Source: Gammaproteobacteria bacterium (GTDB lineage: Bacteria; Pseudomonadota; Gammaproteobacteria; UBA4575). Taken from it: DNA of 24,000 nt. The translations under genes and the position numbers were made by a program. Shown piece after piece: positions 17,795-24,000 of the stretch. Within the stretch, counting starts at the first letter, position 1, and each line of letters opens with the position of its first letter. The stretch covers positions 1 to 24,000 of the forward strand of contig JANQOT010000210.1 of NCBI GenBank assembly GCA_028285655.1. The letters run 5' to 3'. Below the pieces are notes generated by a model, which worked only from the letters and a program-made list of their open reading frames with translations, made no database searches and was not told the DNA's origin.

Positions 17795-18424
17795 ATGAAA
17801 ATTTTAATCCAGCTTACAGTTCTTCTATTCGTATTCGGCGGTCATTCGGCAATGGCGCGCGGCGATGCGGAAGCAGGGAAAACGAAATCCGCTCCTTGCG
17901 CTGCTTGCCATGGCGTTGATGGCAACAGCACGAATCCGGAATGGCCGAAACTTGCCGGCCAGGGTGCACCGTATATGGTTGAGCAATTGCGTCTGTTTAA
18001 GAACGGCGGAAGACAAAACGCGTTAATGAGCCCCATGGCGGCCGCTTTGAGTGAACAGGATATGCACGATCTCGCTGCTTATTACGCAAGCCAAACGACG
18101 ACCCCGGAAGCAGCCGATCCGGAGCTGGTGGAACTCGGTGAGTCAATTTACCGTGGCGGTATTGTCGAAAAAGGCGTGGCGGCATGTACCGGATGTCATA
18201 GTCCTACCGGTGCCGGCAACCCGGCGGCAAAATTTCCCAAGCTAAGCGGCCAGCACGCAAAATATACCGAAATCCAACTCAAGGCCTATCGGGCGGAGGA
18301 TTTGCACGGCCACCAGGAAGGGCAACGCGAAACAGCCAACGCGAGAATCATGGTCAAAGTCGCCGAGCGCTTGACCGACGATGAAATACGGGCGGTGGCA
18401 CAGTATTCGGCCGGATTACACTAG
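17795..18424 (+). CDS. cc4: Dihaem cytochrome c4
   Basis: GGAAGG RBS upstream and a signal peptide (MKILIQLTVLLFVFGGHSAMA). Two CXXCH motifs (CAACH, CTGCH) each have a downstream Met ligand region. Size is about 200 aa. The ATG at 17795 is preferred over the track start at 17756. Confidence 0.88.
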   Translation: MKILIQLTVLLFVFGGHSAMARGDAEAGKTKSAPCAACHGVDGNSTNPEWPKLAGQGAPYMVEQLRLFKNGGRQNALMSPMAAALSEQDMHDLAAYYASQTTTPEAADPELVELGESIYRGGIVEKGVAACTGCHSPTGAGNPAAKFPKLSGQHAKYTEIQLKAYRAEDLHGHQEGQRETANARIMVKVAERLTDDEIRAVAQYSAGLH

Positions 18425-18513
18425 GGAACTCAAGGGCTTATCTCGACTCTAAAGGCAGAGCGGCATGCTCGTCCCCGGACCCATAATTTGCCATTTATAA
18501 GTGGAAAATAAAA

Positions 18514-19140
18514 ATGAAATTTGTTCTTAAGCTCGTATTCTTTGCTACTTTGACTCTGCTTGGCGGTGCTGTTGTGGCTGCCGGCAGCTATCAGGAAGGC
18601 ACCCACTATGTAAGGCTGGATCCAGCAATACCGCCGGTTGTGGAAAGTGAGGCCGCGCACGAAGTGGTTGAATTGTTTTGGTACGGCTGCCCGCATTGCT
18701 ATGAATTTGAGCCATACCTGGAGAAGTGGCACGCACAAACCAAAAATAGTGTAAATTTTGTACGTGTTCCGGCGATTTTTAATTCGCGTTGGGAACAACA
18801 TGCGCGAGCCTACTACGCATTGGAAATGATGGGCGAGCTGGATGCAGCGCATGCATTAATGTTTGACGGAATTCATGAACAGGGACGAGCACTTCCCGAC
18901 CTGGATTCCATGGCAAGATTTCTAGACGCGAATGGAGTGGACGCTGCAAAATTTCGTGAAAATTTTAATTCGTTTGCAATGGAAACCAAGATTAACCGGG
19001 CCAAGCAGTTAATCCGGCAATACCAGGTGACGGGTGTTCCCGCGGTAATCGTTAATGGAACGTACAAGACCTCCGCTTCAACTGCCGGAGGATATGCTCA
19101 AGTGATCGAAATTATCGAGAATTTAACTGCGGACAAATAG
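18514..19140 (+). CDS. dsbA: Thiol:disulfide interchange protein DsbA
   Basis: It has a signal peptide, the active site FWYGCPHCYEFEP (CPHC) and the cis-Pro region VTGVPAVIVNG. It follows cc4, as in Pseudomonas. Confidence 0.9.
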   Translation: MKFVLKLVFFATLTLLGGAVVAAGSYQEGTHYVRLDPAIPPVVESEAAHEVVELFWYGCPHCYEFEPYLEKWHAQTKNSVNFVRVPAIFNSRWEQHARAYYALEMMGELDAAHALMFDGIHEQGRALPDLDSMARFLDANGVDAAKFRENFNSFAMETKINRAKQLIRQYQVTGVPAVIVNGTYKTSASTAGGYAQVIEIIENLTADK

Positions 19141-19663
19141 GTTTAGCACAGGACAAGGCTAACTGCGTCGAGTGTGCTGGGGAAGATTGAATCGACGGCT
19201 TGCGTGGCCGGAATTTTCTGATTTGCCAAGTTCATTTTCCGATACTTCGGCTTTTCTTAGATCTTCACAATTTTTGAGTATCGTACGAAATACCGCCTTG
19301 GATTTTTCCCTTATTTTCTGATCCATAAATTAGCAATTCCATCGCAAATTTATTCAAGCATACTGAAAATTATTTTAAGCAGAGCCCGCGCGAGACGTGG
19401 GGTGACGAACGTGTGACAAGCGGATTGTGATGCCCAACCGGTGGTATATAAAAGCGAACGGAAGGAAACATTCATACCGGCGGGCTAGCTGCGGCCTCCG
19501 GAATTCACCTTTTACCACTGTGGGAGTTGCCAGAAAAAAATAACCACCGATACCCGGTTTGAAGCAAATTTCGCCTCGCAGGCTTTGACATGGTGATGGT
19601 TGAGCGAATGCTTTATAATCGCGCGCTCAAATTTAAGGCAAGATTTCTTGATCAGGAGTTAAC

Positions 19664-20146
19664 TTGGAAGACAAACAATTTACGACCCAGTTTATGGCAG
19701 TGCTGGTGATTTTGATCGGGATCACGATCGTAATCCTGGTAATCGCCAACTTTTTGTACAGTAGTGATTCCAGTGCCATGGATGAAGAAGAGCAACAACT
19801 TGTAGCGGAACGCATCAAACCGGTCGGCGATGTTCACATTGGCAGCGTACCGGCGTCCGAGGCGGCCGCACCGGCTGCTGCCGCAGAAGCGACGACTATG
19901 GTCGCCAGTGCCGAATTAAACGGTGAGGCCGTCTACCAGCAAGTATGTGCGGCATGCCACACCGCAGGTGTATTGAATGCACCCAAACCCGGAGATACAG
20001 CTGCTTGGGAGCCGCGCCTGGCCAAGGGTATGGATGCAATGTATGCCAATGCAATTAACGGGATCGGAGCAATGCCTGCCAAGGGTGGCCGCGCCGATAT
20101 GTCGGACGAAGCAATTAAGGCCGCGGTGGATTATTTGCTGCAGTAA
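19664..20146 (+). CDS. Membrane-anchored monohaem c-type cytochrome (cytochrome c5 family)
   Basis: AGGAG lies 6 nt upstream of the TTG start. There is an N-terminal TM anchor (FMAVLVILIGITIVILVIANFLY) and an Ala/Pro-rich linker. The haem domain has CAACH and GIGAMPAKGG (Met ligand). The ATG at codon 11 is an alternative start. Confidence 0.75.
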   Translation: MEDKQFTTQFMAVLVILIGITIVILVIANFLYSSDSSAMDEEEQQLVAERIKPVGDVHIGSVPASEAAAPAAAAEATTMVASAELNGEAVYQQVCAACHTAGVLNAPKPGDTAAWEPRLAKGMDAMYANAINGIGAMPAKGGRADMSDEAIKAAVDYLLQ

Positions 20147-20155
20147 ATTCGTAAA

Positions 20156-21673
20156 TTAACGCGAATTTAGTGCACGGTCGAACTGCCGGTAAGAAACCGC
20201 CTCGGTAATATAGTTCGTTTCAATACTCGGATTAGACTCCAGATCAGCGATAGTGCGCGCCACTTTCAACACGCCGTGAAATGCGCGCGCACTGATATTC
20301 AGACGCTCAAATAATTCCAGCGAAAACTTTTTTACTGAATCGCTCAGTTTGCAGATTTGTTGCAATTGTTTTCCCTGCAGGCGTGCATTCAGAACTCCTT
20401 GTCGTTGAAGTTGCAACTCGCTCGCAGACAAAATCTGTGATTGCAATTGGGCGCAATCACTCACATTGTTTAGGGGTTGTTCCAACAAATACTTGCTGGG
20501 TAATTTAGAGACATTGACCTGTAAATCGATGCGATCCAGCAATGGTGCAGAAATTTTATTTCGGTAGTTGCGTAATTCGCCGCTACTACACCCGCACTGT
20601 CCAAACTGGTCGAGATCACAACCGTTCGGACAGGGATTCATGGCAGCAATCAATTGAAAACGTGCCGGAAAGTCTACCTGTGCTGCCGCGCGCGAAATTG
20701 TAATTTTCCCCGTTTCCAGCGGCTCGCGTAAAATCTCCAACGCGCGTCGGTCGAACTCGGTAAATTCGTCCAGGAATAAAACACCGTTATGTGCCAATGA
20801 AATTTCACCCGGTTTTGGATTTGAGCCGCCACCGGAAAGGCCGACTGCCGAAACGGTATGGTGCGGGTTACGAAACGGGCGGGATTGCGGACTACGCAGT
20901 TTGTGGCCTGTATTTGCAATAGAGTAAATACTGCAGGTTTCCAGGATTTCATCCTGCTGCATGGGGGCCAACAAACCTGGCAAGCGGGTCGCAAGCATTG
21001 TTTTACCCGAACCGGGCGAGCCAATCATAAGCATGTGGTGTTGTCCTGCTGCGGCAATACATAGAGCGCGTTTTGCGCGTGGTTGCCCGATTACTTCATT
21101 TAGATCTGGATACGCAGGATCTTCTTCGGCAAATTTACCGACGTTAACCTGTGAAAGTTTTTGTAAACCGTTTAAGTGTGCGCAAACATCGAGTAAGTGT
21201 GTGGCGCAAAAAATATCGGCATGCTGGACCGGGTACAGCTCTGTTTCGTTTTCGATCGAGGTGATTAATATAGTACCCGCGTGGTGACATGCACACGCTG
21301 CCGGAAGAATTCCGTCGGTTTTACGCAATGTTCCACTTAAACTTAGTTCGCCGATAAATTCGTAGCCTTTTAGCGTGGTAAGGGGCAGTTGTGACGACGC
21401 TGCAAGTAAGCCAAGCGCAATAGGTAAATCGAAACGACCTCCGTCTTTGGGCAAATCGGCGGGTGCGAGATTGACGATGATTCGCCGTTTCGGAAATTCA
21501 AAGTTTGAATTGATAATCGCTGCGCGAACACGATCTCTACTTTCGCGAACTGCCGCTTCAGGCAATCCAACAATCGAAAAACCGGGCAGACCATTCGCCA
21601 GATGGACTTCCACCGATACGAGTGGTGCATCCAGCCCGGTTTGAGCACGGCTGTATAGTGTGGCTAAAGACAT
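20156..21673 (-). CDS. comM: YifB/ComM family Mg-chelatase-like AAA+ ATPase
   Basis: 505 aa. It has a Lon-protease-like N-terminal domain (VEVHLANGLPGFSIVGLPEAAVRESRDRVRAA), a Walker A motif (GSPGSGKTMLA), a Walker B motif (GVLFLDEFTEF), a cysteine cluster (CPNGC...CGC) and a C-terminal ChlI-like helix bundle. Confidence 0.9.
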   Translation of the reverse strand: MSLATLYSRAQTGLDAPLVSVEVHLANGLPGFSIVGLPEAAVRESRDRVRAAIINSNFEFPKRRIIVNLAPADLPKDGGRFDLPIALGLLAASSQLPLTTLKGYEFIGELSLSGTLRKTDGILPAACACHHAGTILITSIENETELYPVQHADIFCATHLLDVCAHLNGLQKLSQVNVGKFAEEDPAYPDLNEVIGQPRAKRALCIAAAGQHHMLMIGSPGSGKTMLATRLPGLLAPMQQDEILETCSIYSIANTGHKLRSPQSRPFRNPHHTVSAVGLSGGGSNPKPGEISLAHNGVLFLDEFTEFDRRALEILREPLETGKITISRAAAQVDFPARFQLIAAMNPCPNGCDLDQFGQCGCSSGELRNYRNKISAPLLDRIDLQVNVSKLPSKYLLEQPLNNVSDCAQLQSQILSASELQLQRQGVLNARLQGKQLQQICKLSDSVKKFSLELFERLNISARAFHGVLKVARTIADLESNPSIETNYITEAVSYRQFDRALNSR

Positions 21674-21748
21674 ATATTTCCCGCCATCCAGGCGTTATTT
21701 GCAGGCATGACCCGGCAACTGCAAAGAGTCGCAGGAAATATACGATTA

Positions 21749-21991
21749 TTATTTCTTTTCGAGAATAGAAATGCGTTGTTCTAGTTGTTCAACGCGCTCA
21801 CGTGTGCGTTTTAGTACCTCGGTTTGAACTTCATATTCTTCTCGAGGCACAAGTTCCAATTTTTGTAGCACACCCTCCAGTACCAGTTTTAATTTTTCTT
21901 CGCCGGCGCGTTTAAATTCGCCGACATCATCCGGTAGCGCATCTTTTAACTTTACCACTGCATCGTCGATTATTTTTGAATCAAATTTCAT
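21749..21991 (-). CDS. ubiK: Ubiquinone biosynthesis accessory factor UbiK (YqiC/BMFP family)
   Basis: 80-aa coiled-coil protein. LVPREEYEVQTEVLKRTRERVEQLEQRISILEKK parallels E. coli YqiC [32 protein letters not shown]. Confidence 0.75.
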   Translation of the reverse strand: MKFDSKIIDDAVVKLKDALPDDVGEFKRAGEEKLKLVLEGVLQKLELVPREEYEVQTEVLKRTRERVEQLEQRISILEKK

Positions 21992-22056
21992 CTCGTTCTT
22001 AATTGGTAAATCAAATAATTAATCACAGTGTAGCGCAGCCGTTGCGGTATCACTAC

Positions 22057-22107
22057 CGCACGGATGTGGTGCAAGAATGTTTTGCGACGGTGCACCAATT
22101 CTTTGCA
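22057..22107. promoter_or_regulatory. Two putative NtrC (NRI) enhancer boxes
   Basis: CGCACGGATGTGGTGCA (22057-22073) and TGCACCAATTCTTTGCA (22091-22107) resemble the NtrC consensus TGCACC-N5-GGTGCA. They lie about 65-115 bp upstream of the sigma54 element. Confidence 0.5.
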
Positions 22108-22169
22108 TGTTCTGTGAGAAACCACATTGATTAGAGTTAAAGCTTTGTTATTTCGAAAGAAAATTGTGC

Positions 22170-22185
22170 TGGCACAGCTTGTGCT
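22170..22185 (+). promoter_or_regulatory. Sigma54 (RpoN) -24/-12 promoter
   Basis: TGGCACAGCTTGTGCT versus the consensus TGGCAC-N5-TTGCW. The GG and GC dinucleotides are correctly spaced. It lies about 50 nt upstream of the porin start codon. Confidence 0.6.
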
Positions 22186-22236
22186 TTGGACCTAGGCGTT
22201 GACTAAAGCTAACGATTCCAAATGGAGAATTTTAAA

Positions 22237-22935
22237 ATGAATAAGAAAATAAGTAGTTTGTTGAGCGGTTCTGTATTCGCCGCAAGTGTGGCGTTTGCAC
22301 CAATTACGACTACAGCCGACGACGCAATTTTAACCGGCAATGCAGGCATTCTTTCGGATTACATCTTTCGAGGCATTCCACAGGACACCGGTGTAGGCAA
22401 CGGCGGACTTGATTTGGAGTACGCAGGTTTTTACTTGGGTACCTGGATTGCCGATGTCGGTGACGGTGTCGAATACGATTTATACGGCGGCTACATTTAT
22501 GAATTCGAAAGCGGATTTTATCTGGGTGCGGGTTATACCAGTTACCAGTATTCGGACGATTTTGATGACGAATACAACGAAATAAACCTGTACGCAGGCG
22601 GATCAGCCGGAGACGTTAGCCTGGATCTGGAATATACCACCGGCGAATACAATGGCGATTTCGGCGATGGTAACGGCGGTATCGAGGGAGATGAATATAC
22701 GTTTGTGGCCGGCACCATCGGTTACAACGGCGTGTATTTAACTTACGGCGATTTTGGCGATGATGCCGACGATGACCTCGGTAATTACTTCGAAGTGGGT
22801 TACACCATGGACCTTGCAGGCTTCGAAGTCACCGGTGCTGTTGTGCATACCAGTGACGCCGACATTTTGGGTACCGACGATGATGACGAAACCGAAGCCT
22901 ATGTTTCCATCTCTTGGGGATTCGATGTTTTGTAG
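22237..22935 (+). CDS. TorF-family putative outer-membrane porin (TIGR02001-like), extremely acidic
   Basis: GGAG lies 8 nt upstream of the ATG at 22237. The signal peptide is MNKKISSLLSGSVFAASVAFA. The N-terminal SDYIFRGIPQD motif and the alternating Y/G/aromatic beta-strand pattern are characteristic of this family. It is located directly upstream of glnK-amtB. Confidence 0.7.
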   Translation: MNKKISSLLSGSVFAASVAFAPITTTADDAILTGNAGILSDYIFRGIPQDTGVGNGGLDLEYAGFYLGTWIADVGDGVEYDLYGGYIYEFESGFYLGAGYTSYQYSDDFDDEYNEINLYAGGSAGDVSLDLEYTTGEYNGDFGDGNGGIEGDEYTFVAGTIGYNGVYLTYGDFGDDADDDLGNYFEVGYTMDLAGFEVTGAVVHTSDADILGTDDDDETEAYVSISWGFDVL

Positions 22936-22959
22936 TTGAAGAAGTTTTAAACCGGCAAG

Positions 22960-23017
22960 CATGACCGGAACGGTTGTATGCAATACAAACAGATTTCGGT
23001 CATGTGCACTCAGTTTT
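22960..23017 (+). other. Compound hairpin with a displaced T-run between the porin gene and glnK (possible partial terminator or processing site)
   Basis: CATGACCG (22960-22967) pairs with CGGTCATG (22997-23004). Inside is a TTGTAT-GCA-ATACAA hairpin (22974-22988). TTTTT at 23013-23017 lies 8 nt after the stem, which is atypical for an intrinsic terminator. Confidence 0.3.
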
Positions 23018-23078
23018 TCGTACGTCTGTTAACTGTGTAAGGAGCCGATGTTCGGTTGCCGGAAAGCATGCCGAATAG

Positions 23079-23444
<366 letters not shown>

Positions 23445-23475
23445 CTTTATGTGCAGAATTTTTTAGGAGGGAATT

Positions 23476-24000
23476 GTGGAAAACCAAGTGATTGAATTGG
23501 CCTATGCACTGGATACTTTTTATTTTCTAGTCATGGGTGCATTTGTAATGTGGATGGCAGCGGGATTTGCCATGCTGGAAGCTGGTCTGGTGCGTTCAAA
23601 AAGCACTGTAGAGATACTAACCAAAAATATCGCGTTGTATTCCATTGCATGCATCATGTATATGCTGATGGGATACAATATTATGTATAGCGGCACCGAC
23701 AGTTCGTGGTGGCCGTTTGCGTTTGATCTTTTAGGTTCGGAAGATAATGCCGCCGCCGATGTGATCGCAAGCGGAGGTGAAACCTATTATTCGAATCTGT
23801 CGGACTTTTTCTTTCAGGCCGTGTTTGTTGCTGCAACCATGTCGATAGTATCGGGTGCAGTGGCCGAACGAATGAAGCTGTGGTCGTTTTTGCTTTTTGC
23901 AATTGTTATGACCGGCTTTATTTATCCTGTTCAGGGTTTTTGGAAGTGGGGCGGCGGTTTCCTGGACCAGGCCGGTTTTCTGGATTTCGCCGGATCAGGA
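23476..24000 (+). CDS. amtB: Ammonium transporter AmtB (5' part; continues beyond the window)
   Basis: It is not in the ORF track because it has no stop within the window. AGGAGG lies 5 nt upstream of the GTG at 23476. My translation is MENQVIELAYALDTFYFLVMGAFVMWMAAGFAMLEAGLVRSKS..., the Amt family N-terminal signature. The frame stays open to position 24000. Confidence 0.9.
   Translation, partial: MENQVIELAYALDTFYFLVMGAFVMWMAAGFAMLEAGLVRSKSTVEILTKNIALYSIACIMYMLMGYNIMYSGTDSSWWPFAFDLLGSEDNAAADVIASGGETYYSNLSDFFFQAVFVAATMSIVSGAVAERMKLWSFLLFAIVMTGFIYPVQGFWKWGGGFLDQAGFLDFAGSG

Noticed and set aside
19159-19326. 55-codon minus-strand ORF (MDQKIREKSKAVFRTILKNCEDLRK...) in the dsbA-c5 gap
   Set aside because: It has no convincing Shine-Dalgarno sequence, is hydrophilic and low-complexity, has no recognisable family, and is below the ORF-track threshold. 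It is kept only as a possibility under the gap finding.
19456-19472. ACGGAAGGAAACA resembles the SRP (4.5S) RNA domain IV motif CCGGAAGGAAGCA
   Set aside because: The flanks cannot form the required helix 8 (AAC instead of UCC before the GGAA tetraloop), and no long closing hairpin is present.
19585-19619. Perfect TTGACA and TATAAT hexamers upstream of the c5-like gene. A similar pair lies at 16407-16441 (ATGACA ... TATAAT).
   Set aside because: In both cases the spacer is 23 bp, outside the 16-19 bp range functional for sigma70. The -10 elements may still work with other -35 contacts, but no promoter is called.
20156-21673. comM as a known hotspot for genomic-island insertion (for example AbaR-type islands in Acinetobacter)
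   Set aside because: The reading frame is intact and full length (505 aa) with all domains, so there is no insertion.
23054-23068. GG-N10-GC spacing (cGGttgccggaaaGCat) as a second sigma54 promoter in front of glnK
   Set aside because: Only the invariant dinucleotides match and the flanking consensus positions do not. This is likely chance.

Overview
This window reads as conserved core chromosome of a gammaproteobacterium. Gene order resembles Pseudomonas, Oceanospirillales and Cellvibrionales. I found no CRISPR array, transposase, phage genes, rRNA/tRNA or recognisable defence island.

Gene content, left to right:
- DUF484 (yigA-like), xerC, hslV, hslU.
- DUF971 followed by ubiE, ubiJ and ubiB (aerobic ubiquinone module), then uvrD.
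- A TRAP transporter split into convergent units: a Tat-signal substrate-binding protein plus a small 2-TM ORF on the + strand, facing LOG-dctQ-dctM on the - strand.
- polA, an orphan secreted acidic ORF, then engB on the - strand.
- Dihaem cytochrome c4, dsbA, a roughly 520 bp ORF-free gap, then a membrane-anchored cytochrome c5-like protein.
- comM/yifB and ubiK on the - strand.
- A putatively nitrogen-regulated unit: TorF-family putative porin, glnK and amtB. amtB is cut by the window end.

I did not find a multi-gene novel system and will not claim one. The most interesting unannotated signal is in the polA-engB spacer. A perfect extracytoplasmic-stress promoter (GAACTT-N16-TCTGA) lies about 120 nt upstream of a very strong intrinsic terminator. 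The interval folds into hairpins with CU-rich, anti-Shine-Dalgarno-like loops and has an AU-rich stretch before the terminator. This is the locus that holds Spot 42 in enterics and ErsA in Pseudomonas, so it looks like an undescribed sigmaE-dependent sRNA.

Secondary points:
- NtrC-box and sigma54 architecture in front of an extraordinarily acidic porin-like gene that heads glnK-amtB.
- An HslV with a 6-residue N-terminal extension before the catalytic Thr.
- The unusual TRAP layout.
- The long noncoding gap between dsbA and the c5-like gene.
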